IMG/VR virus record: IMGVR_UViG_3300005932_000012
Location: 1-33,104 of that record
Origin: a virus
Lineage: Duplodnaviria > Caudoviricetes
DNA length: 33,104 nucleotides
Direction: 5' to 3' (one strand)
The notes under the pieces are model-generated. The model saw only the letters and a list, made by a program, of their open reading frames with translations. It ran no database searches and had not been told where the DNA came from. The translations under genes were made by a program, and so were the position numbers. Of this stretch, positions 10,024-17,920 are shown piece by piece (position 1 is the stretch's first letter; the number at the start of each line of letters is the position of its first letter).

Positions 10024-10806
10024 TCAAGTGGCGGACCAAGAATATGTGAACTGAATGTCTGCTGACGTGGTTCCGGTCAACGTACTTCCGGTGACCGTGA
10101 CTTGGAGACCCTCATCGTCGCCCAAGGGTGTGTCGAAGCCAGCACCACTGGTAACACCCGTGTCAAGAGGACCGTATGAACCAACGATGTCGGTGTCAGC
10201 CGCAGCAGCAACCGCCACTTTAACAACCGCTACCGGGCTGGTAGCCGTGTCTTCGAAATCGAGGGTAGTGGCACCAGCCGCGATACCGTGAAACATGAAC
10301 CGGTAACCGTGGATGGTCAGTGCCATACCAGTCACACCTGCGATCAATACCTTACCGGCATTCAGTTCAGTAACCGTGGCTGTGGTGGAAAGTACACGAG
10401 CAACACCCGTCTGGTCCTGCAAGATACCTGCGCCACCGGCGAAATCGATCTCCAGTGAGGCTGCGGACGATGCTGGCTGAACAAGGACCGTTCCAAGGAA
10501 GCGGAACGCTCCATTGGACGAGGTGGCAGAAGCTTTGAGGGTATCCGGATCAAGATAGACCGCGCTTCCCTCTTCGAAGTTGCTTCCGGATGCACTCTGG
10601 CAAGGAAACAGATAGTTTCTACTGGAGTAGATAAATGCAACATCTTCAGTCGCATCCTGATCTTTGTAGGCGATTCCAACGGAATCTTCGATGAGTGTCA
10701 CATCACCAGCATCCACATCCCCAGCGGGAGCGGCATCTACGAACGAGTGGGTACGCACCCCATCGATTCTGTTGTTGAAAGCATTTGTGCTGTCGGTGAA
10801 AGGCAT
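10024..10806 (-). CDS. Capsid cement/decoration protein (DUF2190-like N-domain plus an extra C-terminal beta domain)
   Basis: V.AGDV....VGIA...G.AVYLD.....T.......G pattern; directly upstream of the major capsid gene. Confidence 0.7.
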   Translation of the reverse strand: MPFTDSTNAFNNRIDGVRTHSFVDAAPAGDVDAGDVTLIEDSVGIAYKDQDATEDVAFIYSSRNYLFPCQSASGSNFEEGSAVYLDPDTLKASATSSNGAFRFLGTVLVQPASSAASLEIDFAGGAGILQDQTGVARVLSTTATVTELNAGKVLIAGVTGMALTIHGYRFMFHGIAAGATTLDFEDTATSPVAVVKVAVAAAADTDIVGSYGPLDTGVTSGAGFDTPLGDDEGLQVTVTGSTLTGTTSADIQFTYSWSAT

Positions 10807-10830
10807 GGCTTTATCTCCTGTTTACAGTGG

Positions 10831-12054
10831 TTACTCTTTGATGGCGAGTCCGGCTCCGGCGATCTGCTGCGAAACTGCGGCAAATTCCGGACTGACAAGG
10901 TCATTACCGGTCGGGGACAATTCCGGTGGTAGGCCGTCATTCACGGGTGTTTTTCCCGGTGGGGCTACCACTGGTGTTTTGATTGGTGGCGTGATGGTAT
11001 TCGGATCTCCCGGTACCACGGGGGCATCTTCAGTCGGTAGCCCGTAGCTATCCATGACTGTCTGCTGTCCGGTATACCATGTTTGCAGTTCAGCCTTGAT
11101 CGCTTCCGGGGTGGTACCCTTGATATCCAAGCCGGTCAACTGGGTGTCGATGAACTTCTGACGATTTGCCGGCAACTTGGTGTCGCCGATCACCTCGGCC
11201 AGTGTATCTTTCAACGTTGCTTTGGTCAGATTGCCGGTAAGGGTGCCGATCTGGGTTTCCAATTCAGCAATCTTAGCTGTGGACGCTGTATCACGTTCCG
11301 TGGCCATACGCTGGGCTGAGTCAGCGGCGGTCTGGTAGGCTTGTGTCTTTTCCGCAATGGCGGCTACCACATCAGCGTCTGCCAGAAGGGTTTCTTTACC
11401 GAATAAAGTTGTCAGGGTAAACTTACCGTCGGCGATCGCTTTGAGAATCTGTTCCTGAGTCATCGTGTCCTCTTCCGTTGTTTGTAGTGCACGAAACATC
11501 CCCCACATAGTAGCACCCTCGAAGCCGGGTGCGTCTATTTTGGAAGACGATATTGTCAGTGCAGGGATTGAATCTATGCCGGTAGCGATATACCCCTGAC
11601 CACTGGGATCTTCCACCGCTGTCAAGTTAGTCTCGATGCTCGCGATATCCAGATGGTCATCAATGTGGGCTGGTAAGATGTGAACTGCGGCGACCGCGTG
11701 TTCCTTGCCTTCTTTTTCGATTACCCCGGTACCGACCACTTGGCCTACCTGTATCCGCTTCTCGTTTGCCTTGGTAGAATGCTGAAAAAAGACTGGGGTT
11801 TTCGGCTTCATCTTGGCCGCGATCTCGTAAATCAACCCTTTCATGTAGAGCATGGCGGATTTGACATAACTCTCACCTTTTTCCGCTTTAAACGACCCGT
11901 CAGCGATGCCTTCGTGGCCTACCGAGTAAGCCTTGATCATCGGGTTCGAGTCAGTCTTTTTGATCTCCGCAATGGTAACCGCGTCCATGATGGTTTCAAT
12001 CTCAGCTTGATCCATGGATGCATGCACTGCCTGTAGACGTATAACTTTAAGCAT
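10831..12054 (-). CDS. Prohead protease/scaffold fusion protein
   Basis: N-terminal PVFFQH...VG.V...ASIE...PGF protease-like region; C-terminal coiled coil and Pro-rich tail; synteny. Confidence 0.7.
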   Translation of the reverse strand: MLKVIRLQAVHASMDQAEIETIMDAVTIAEIKKTDSNPMIKAYSVGHEGIADGSFKAEKGESYVKSAMLYMKGLIYEIAAKMKPKTPVFFQHSTKANEKRIQVGQVVGTGVIEKEGKEHAVAAVHILPAHIDDHLDIASIETNLTAVEDPSGQGYIATGIDSIPALTISSSKIDAPGFEGATMWGMFRALQTTEEDTMTQEQILKAIADGKFTLTTLFGKETLLADADVVAAIAEKTQAYQTAADSAQRMATERDTASTAKIAELETQIGTLTGNLTKATLKDTLAEVIGDTKLPANRQKFIDTQLTGLDIKGTTPEAIKAELQTWYTGQQTVMDSYGLPTEDAPVVPGDPNTITPPIKTPVVAPPGKTPVNDGLPPELSPTGNDLVSPEFAAVSQQIAGAGLAIKE

Positions 12055-12325
12055 CTACCTGTTCCTCTACACGTTTCCAGTCGTTTGGTATACCCGTGGC
12101 AAAACCAAGGCCCAAAAACTCATGCTTTTCGCTCATTTTGATTTTACCCAGAGGGATAGCTGAGAAGTCATGGGTGTACACCGCCATCAACTGACCATCC
12201 GGTTTCTGGTAAACTGCTGGGATACCGAGTGTCAAATCCGAAACCTGCGCGAGCAATTCAGATGCTGCGTTGTAATAGATGGTTTCCCAGCTTGCCGTTT
12301 TACTGTTTTTATGCCAGAGTTTCAT
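12047..12325 (-). CDS. Hypothetical protein
   Basis: 92-aa ORF in operon orientation, overlapping the next gene. Confidence 0.6.
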   Translation of the reverse strand: MKLWHKNSKTASWETIYYNAASELLAQVSDLTLGIPAVYQKPDGQLMAVYTHDFSAIPLGKIKMSEKHEFLGLGFATGIPNDWKRVEEQVDA

Positions 12326-12340
12326 ACCAGACTTCCCGTG

Positions 12341-13138
12341 TTACGTTGGGCCACTGGCACCGATGCCAGTATATGGACCTACCCAGGTTGGATCGTTTGT
12401 ATCACTTCCAGAAGTGCTACCAAGTTGAGCATTAAAGCCATTACCTGATTTATCATTGCATATCTGACCACTTCCTGGCAGCATCGGGTAGTACACCAGC
12501 GGGTTCTCGTCTTGGAGGTCTTTCTTGAGACCGATGCGGCACACGTCGGCAGAGTCCCACACGTCAGATGAGAATATTACCTGTGCGACTTCACCCTTAT
12601 TCGGGTTTGAGATTGAACCATTCGCCCATCCTGAACCAATAGAGACTGCGTTAGCCTTGACCGTTGCATCGTCTACTACGTCCTTCCACCACGCGGTGAG
12701 GTTAGTTGAATCATCGAATACACCTGTATCAGGCACGCAGTCGATGAAGAACGACGGAGTGGTACCGTTGTGTGATATTGCAATGTGATGCCATGTGTCT
12801 ACCGATACCTGACTTGTTCCCGTCCATTTCCATTGGGTTGCGCCGTCTACAATGCAGTAGACTATGATGCCCCGATAAAAATTACGGATCATAATTGTCG
12901 TGCTGCTCGATGTCGTCGCCGCAAGACTTAATGGGATACACTCGACCGCACCTGTTATGATGTCCGCCCACACAGCCATCGAGCCAGTCGTCTTACCTGA
13001 CAACGCTGACACTGCACCCGTTGATATTGCGTAGTCATCACCGTCGAAGTTTAACGCCCAGAATGACGTGATGGGTGTGGTGGTCGCTCCATTACCACCG
13101 GCTTTGGTTAGTCTTGTGCCCAGACCTAAACCCGGCAT
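12341..13138 (-). CDS. LamG/concanavalin A-like lectin-domain virion protein
   Basis: ALNFDGDDY, W.HIA.S.NG, YYPM..GSG....DKSGNG motifs; start reassigned to ATG 13138 (MPGLGLG), just after the stop of the previous gene. Confidence 0.82.
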   Translation of the reverse strand: MPGLGLGTRLTKAGGNGATTTPITSFWALNFDGDDYAISTGAVSALSGKTTGSMAVWADIITGAVECIPLSLAATTSSSTTIMIRNFYRGIIVYCIVDGATQWKWTGTSQVSVDTWHHIAISHNGTTPSFFIDCVPDTGVFDDSTNLTAWWKDVVDDATVKANAVSIGSGWANGSISNPNKGEVAQVIFSSDVWDSADVCRIGLKKDLQDENPLVYYPMLPGSGQICNDKSGNGFNAQLGSTSGSDTNDPTWVGPYTGIGASGPT

Positions 13139-13142
13139 ACGG

Positions 13143-13670
13143 CTACTCCAACTCCATAATGTACATCTGACCGTCGGCAGATTCGCGTTTTTGTGAAATC
13201 CTATCGACACCAGAAACAGGGATTTCTATTACCTGGTTGGCTGGGAGCAAGAAGTCAGTGTCTGCTACGTCTCCAGTAGCGGCAAACAACACGTAGCAAG
13301 CTGATGTGCAGTGAAACAGTAGCGATCTTGCCGTGCCGGAAAACCCGGTTACCGCAGTGGCACCAGTCACAATGGCCGACTTGATGTTGGCCGCAGAAGT
13401 CACCGTATTACGAGATGCCGACTGGATATCCAGTGTACCGGTATCGGTGGCTATGATCGTTGCGGCTGAGATAGCATTGAGTATCGCATCGCTGGTAAGG
13501 ATATCTTCAACCAGATAGTTGTCGCCAAGATCTACCGTGTCACCAGCACTCAGATAGTTACCCGGGTGCAGTGGTGTGGAAATCTGTGTCACCGTGGCCA
13601 CACCGGTCAACGTGGTGGGTTTTCGTGCTGCTACTCGCTGAATGAACGTGGTCAATGTCAGGGTCGCCAT
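13143..13670 (-). CDS. Hypothetical (probable virion) protein
   Basis: 175 aa, Thr/Ala-rich; lies between the portal and LamG genes; GGAG RBS. Confidence 0.6.
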   Translation of the reverse strand: MATLTLTTFIQRVAARKPTTLTGVATVTQISTPLHPGNYLSAGDTVDLGDNYLVEDILTSDAILNAISAATIIATDTGTLDIQSASRNTVTSAANIKSAIVTGATAVTGFSGTARSLLFHCTSACYVLFAATGDVADTDFLLPANQVIEIPVSGVDRISQKRESADGQMYIMELE

Positions 13671-13672
13671 AT

Positions 13673-15037
13673 CTATTCTCCCTCAACCGCGCCATTGGGC
13701 AGTTGTGAATCCGGTTCCATCGTAAGCAGTAGGGCTTGTTCAGCTTCCATCTCTTCTTTGATCAACGCCATCTCTACCTTGGGATCGATCCCTGGTATCA
13801 TGCGAATCGCAGTCTGTTTGGACATGAGTCCCATTTGCTTCAGTTGCCCGTAAACGTCGACAAGCTGCTCAAGCTTTTGCTTGGATACCTGCGGGAAGTC
13901 AGCCGTGATAGCTTCGGTGTTGAACTGTTTATCCTCTGGCCGCGTTTCGTTGGCTATCGTCAGTACACGGGAAAACAATGTTTCCATGATACCTTGCCAG
14001 ATTATCCGCTCGTAGACCGTGGCAGCAGTGACGGACTCCATGAGATTTTCAGCGGTAGACCGGTTGGACATCAAGTCGGGGTAACCAAGGAAGTGAACCG
14101 GGACACCACAGGTGCCAGATATCTCTTTGACGTAGGTCTCTACCAGTTGGCGCGCACCTTCGAGACCACTGAGGTCAGCCGATACCATACTGAAATCACC
14201 GGTACTGACGATCGCTTTACCGAAGGTCCAGTTACCACCGTCGATAGCGGTTTTTATTTTCTTGGCAGCCTCGGGCGTGTCAGCGTGGAAAAATGGGGTG
14301 GGACTGGCGGACAGGTTAATGATCGATCGCCAATCATTCAGCGTCTGCTCCATCTTGTCCAGCATACCGAGAACATGTGCAAGTTTCGACTGCTGTGGTT
14401 GTGATGGTAACGCGACCCGGTTGGAGAAACCTTGGAATACGAAGTTCGGCGGGTACACGGTTACGATGTTGGAACCAGTGCCAATCGTGGTTGACGCATT
14501 GCTATTACCGTCAGAGTAGTACTTTACCGAAGTGGCGTTTTCGTAATCACCAGCGTCAGCCGTAACTTCGTATTTGAACACCAACCATGGCATCATTCGA
14601 ACACGCGGGTATGGGTTACTGGTATCCGGATCAAGTATGACGGCGAAGAACTGACCTTCTATTTCAGTTTCCCGCGCCCACGTCTTTACACTCTCATCGA
14701 GATCATCGAATTCGGCAAACTCAAGAATATACTGTAACTCGTCTTCAGCGGTACCGGGGATTTTTTCGCGTATCGCGATACCCTCGCCGGTAGTGAAAGC
14801 GGCGCGCACGTCTACCAGGTTACCGATCAACAGGTTGCCGAAGTCTGCAATACCATTATACCGATCGGACAGCGCCTGAGTGGCTTTGGCATACGTTTTG
14901 TAGGTGTTGGTGTACTGGGGGTTTTTATCGGAGTCGGAATCGGTATCAGTTACCGCATCAGCCATGTGGAATGCTGACATACGTAGAAAACCGCTAACCG
15001 TGTCTAATGTAGATCGTAGGCGTGTTGACATATCCAT
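13673..15037 (-). CDS. Portal protein
   Basis: 454 aa after terL; ISG..GVP.HFLG.PD..SNR.TA motif; GGAGG RBS. Confidence 0.88.
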   Translation of the reverse strand: MDMSTRLRSTLDTVSGFLRMSAFHMADAVTDTDSDSDKNPQYTNTYKTYAKATQALSDRYNGIADFGNLLIGNLVDVRAAFTTGEGIAIREKIPGTAEDELQYILEFAEFDDLDESVKTWARETEIEGQFFAVILDPDTSNPYPRVRMMPWLVFKYEVTADAGDYENATSVKYYSDGNSNASTTIGTGSNIVTVYPPNFVFQGFSNRVALPSQPQQSKLAHVLGMLDKMEQTLNDWRSIINLSASPTPFFHADTPEAAKKIKTAIDGGNWTFGKAIVSTGDFSMVSADLSGLEGARQLVETYVKEISGTCGVPVHFLGYPDLMSNRSTAENLMESVTAATVYERIIWQGIMETLFSRVLTIANETRPEDKQFNTEAITADFPQVSKQKLEQLVDVYGQLKQMGLMSKQTAIRMIPGIDPKVEMALIKEEMEAEQALLLTMEPDSQLPNGAVEGE

Positions 15038-15042
15038 GAACG

Positions 15043-15068
15043 GTATCCTCCGTGTGACCAGAGGATAC
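15043..15068 (-). promoter_or_regulatory. Hairpin occluding the portal Shine-Dalgarno sequence
   Basis: Minus strand GTATCCTCT-GGTCACAC-GGAGGATAC; the GGAGG lies in the 3' arm. Confidence 0.55.
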
Positions 15069-15087
15069 TCACCAGCAACCGCTTATG

Positions 15088-16572
15088 TCAACTTGGCATC
15101 ACGTTGGCATTGGATGTGCCAAAGAAGTCGTCTCCGTCGTTGTCTGCGACCTTCCACATGGTAAAGTAGCGTACTTCATCCATACAATGGTCATCTTTCT
15201 TCAATGGTTTACCGTCACGGGACTTATAGGTACTGAATTCCCGAATGACGTTTTGACACCTGCTGCTGAACCCGATCTTGGGTGGGCCTTTCATCGGAGC
15301 CAAGGCGTTCTTTACCGCATCCAAGCCTTCATCGTAGGCATTATTCGCCCGGGTCATTTCAATACCGGCGTGGCCCCAGTCGGTAAACAGATCTGGTCTG
15401 GCCGGGTCAGCTACCACCCCTTTGATCAGTTTCCACCAACGTCGTTCTCTTGCCATTTCCATAATGACAGTATTGGATGTTTTGGCTTTGAACACTTCAT
15501 CTACGCGGACCCACATGTCCAACTCGGGGTCATTTTGCCACACCCCGACCGAAAACGGTGCATCTCCACCCCAGTCAATCGATAGGTAGACGGGACGCTC
15601 ATAGTTCACCGGGTATTCACGCAGAATATGTTTCTCCGGGTCATACTGGTCTTCGTACACCGTGTCGCCGAAACCTACCTTGATGCACAACCACTCCCGT
15701 TGAAATACTTCGAATGACAAGGTTAGCAGTTTGGCTGAAAGGTCGGCTGGTTGATAGTAGCCGTCTGCCCCTTTGACTTGTGGACCGGGGCATATCGATG
15801 ACAACGGGCATGTGGAACACTCATACACACCGACGCATGACGCGATACATTCCCAGATGCAGTACTTGTACAGCTTGTACAGTTGGTTTTTCTTCGCCAT
15901 CTCGATGGCAGCATCCATGAGGCCTACTGCTTGATGGTTGGTACTCCAAATATGGATGGATGCTGGTATACCGTAGTTTGCCTGCGGTTGTGATAACGCC
16001 GACTGATATATCGCGTCTTCCATCTCATCCAGTTCATCCAGATGCAACGACTGCGGGTGTGGTCCACGTACCGCTTTCATGGATGCTGTGAGGATGTTTA
16101 CCTGGGAGCCGTTTTTCCATTGTGTCCGGTGCACCTCGGGATCTTTCACCAGCACCTTGTCGCGTAAACCGGTGATGTCCCAAAAGCCATCCATTGCCGC
16201 ATACGCCAACTTTGACTGCTGTTCACTCGCGCCGAGAATGTTGGTTTGCATTTTTTTGAACAGGTTGGACTTGGTGAAGATGATCAGTCCGGCACCGTAA
16301 GTTTTTGAAGATCCACGGTTTGCCCATGTGATGGTGTAATTCTGTTTTCCGGTTAGGATATCGACAAACACGTCACTCTGTGGGCAATGGTCGGGCTGGT
16401 TACAGATTTTCTTGGTACCGATGACAGGTTCGCGGAAAGCTGAAACATACTCCATCACGTCTGCTTGGCATTTGAACGCATTTTTACCTTTCGACAAGTA
16501 GTGCTGAATCATCTTGGGACCGGCCATGTCTACACAAGTGTGAACTGCGTCCACCTTTTCTTCTGGTGTCAC
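15088..16572 (-). CDS. terL: Terminase large subunit
   Basis: Walker A variant ANRGSSKT, VRG..., Walker B LHLDELD, coupling motif STN, nuclease SIDWG...ADPA...DDHCMDE.RY. Confidence 0.93.
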   Translation of the reverse strand: MTPEEKVDAVHTCVDMAGPKMIQHYLSKGKNAFKCQADVMEYVSAFREPVIGTKKICNQPDHCPQSDVFVDILTGKQNYTITWANRGSSKTYGAGLIIFTKSNLFKKMQTNILGASEQQSKLAYAAMDGFWDITGLRDKVLVKDPEVHRTQWKNGSQVNILTASMKAVRGPHPQSLHLDELDEMEDAIYQSALSQPQANYGIPASIHIWSTNHQAVGLMDAAIEMAKKNQLYKLYKYCIWECIASCVGVYECSTCPLSSICPGPQVKGADGYYQPADLSAKLLTLSFEVFQREWLCIKVGFGDTVYEDQYDPEKHILREYPVNYERPVYLSIDWGGDAPFSVGVWQNDPELDMWVRVDEVFKAKTSNTVIMEMARERRWWKLIKGVVADPARPDLFTDWGHAGIEMTRANNAYDEGLDAVKNALAPMKGPPKIGFSSRCQNVIREFSTYKSRDGKPLKKDDHCMDEVRYFTMWKVADNDGDDFFGTSNANVMPS

Positions 16573-17288
16573 TTGGCATCCTCTATTTCAAACCCGGCCT
16601 GACCCTGTGATGCTTTACGTGCAGCATGGAAAAGCTGTGTCCGCTCTTCTTGCGGGTACTGCATCAACTCTTGGAATGCCTCATCGGACTCATCCCGTTT
16701 AATGGATGACAGTAGGGCTGTCTGGGTCTTCATGAACTTCTCGTGGACCATGCCGAGTTTCGCAAGATCTTCTACTGATGAAATCTCGAACTTCAACTCT
16801 AACTTGGGTTCACCATTGACCATTTTAACCTTGTATGCCTGGAGAAACGACTCCTCGATCGCTTCGATCTTCTGATCCATACCGGTGATGCGTTCATTCT
16901 GACGGCGAAGTAAATCCATGTCACTGGATTCGATGGCTTTCTTCTTGAACTCGTAATCGCGCTGTTCGGCTTCACGCTCCCATTGGAAATCGGCCAACCA
17001 TGCCCGCATCTTGGCGGCGGCTCGGTTTATGTCTTCTTCATTGAAACCGGGTTCTAGCAGGTGGACGGCCAAGTCAGGCATATTCGGCTGCCCGAGACTA
17101 TACCACGTTTCGAAGGCACGGACTTGTTCATCCGTGCCCTCATTTTGCAGATCCTTCGCTTTACCCAGTGGTTTTTTCCGCGTGCCCGGCGGTCGGCCCC
17201 TTTTTTTCACAGCCGGTTGGATGTTTCTTGCGCCCTTGGGTCGACCTTGGGGCTTGGCGGGTTTACTTTTCTGGGTTGTATCGGACAC
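16569..17288 (-). CDS. terS: Putative terminase small subunit with N-terminal AT-hook-like motifs
   Basis: Directly upstream of terL; RAFETW...W...FQW..A..RD pattern; GTG at 17288 preceded by AGGAG; GRPKG and KKRGRPPG motifs. Confidence 0.7.
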   Translation of the reverse strand: MSDTTQKSKPAKPQGRPKGARNIQPAVKKRGRPPGTRKKPLGKAKDLQNEGTDEQVRAFETWYSLGQPNMPDLAVHLLEPGFNEEDINRAAAKMRAWLADFQWEREAEQRDYEFKKKAIESSDMDLLRRQNERITGMDQKIEAIEESFLQAYKVKMVNGEPKLELKFEISSVEDLAKLGMVHEKFMKTQTALLSSIKRDESDEAFQELMQYPQEERTQLFHAARKASQGQAGFEIEDAK

Positions 17289-17634
17289 TTTCTGCCCTCT
17301 CCTTTTCAGGTGATGCGGCAGTGAACGCATCTTCCACGTCCTGTGGTGACAGTCCCAAGTTTCCGGTTAGATGGTCTCGGAGTAGACCACGGTTGAATGA
17401 TGGTGCCATAGTCTCAGGGATGTGCGACAGTGTACCGGAACCTGGTAACAGCACCGAGGTGTCCAACTCTGCCAGAATCGGTGCAGCGATCGCATTCGCC
17501 TGTTCAACCAACGCATCGGCCTCTTCCTTCAGCGCGTTTGCCCGATCACGTTTCTCGAATGCCACTGCGAGTCTTTTTGTCTTCCGTGTGACCGGTAGAT
17601 CACTGAACAACTTGACCGGTTTCTTCTTCGCCAT
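17263..17634 (-). CDS. Hypothetical protein
   Basis: 123-aa ORF in operon orientation, adjacent to its neighbours. Confidence 0.65.
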   Translation of the reverse strand: MAKKKPVKLFSDLPVTRKTKRLAVAFEKRDRANALKEEADALVEQANAIAAPILAELDTSVLLPGSGTLSHIPETMAPSFNRGLLRDHLTGNLGLSPQDVEDAFTAASPEKERAESVRYNPEK

Positions 17635-17635
17635 G

Positions 17636-17920
17636 TTACCCTTCTTTCCGTTTGCGCTTCATCCTGGTGATTCCAGGATTCACTTTTTTGGCCGCTTCGT
17701 ACCCAGTTGCCCAGATACCATGATACTGGTTTACCCTGCCGTTGATAAACCCAGGTTCAGGATTATCCGTTATGTAGCCTCCGCGTAGCCAGCAGAGCCA
17801 CCCTTGTGAAAACGATGCCCGTTCGAGCATCGATATCATCATCTTCGGATATTGCGGATACTCATGTACCTGCCCACCCTGATCTACGTCGGGGGCGAAT
17901 ACGCCTTTAGATCGCGCCAT
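17636..17920 (-). CDS. Small protein with a ribosome-modulation-factor (Rmf)-like motif
   Basis: LERA.F..GW....G...NP......NQ...W.TGY.AA resembles the Rmf pattern (judged by eye); GGAGG RBS. Confidence 0.45.
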   Translation of the reverse strand: MARSKGVFAPDVDQGGQVHEYPQYPKMMISMLERASFSQGWLCWLRGGYITDNPEPGFINGRVNQYHGIWATGYEAAKKVNPGITRMKRKRKEG

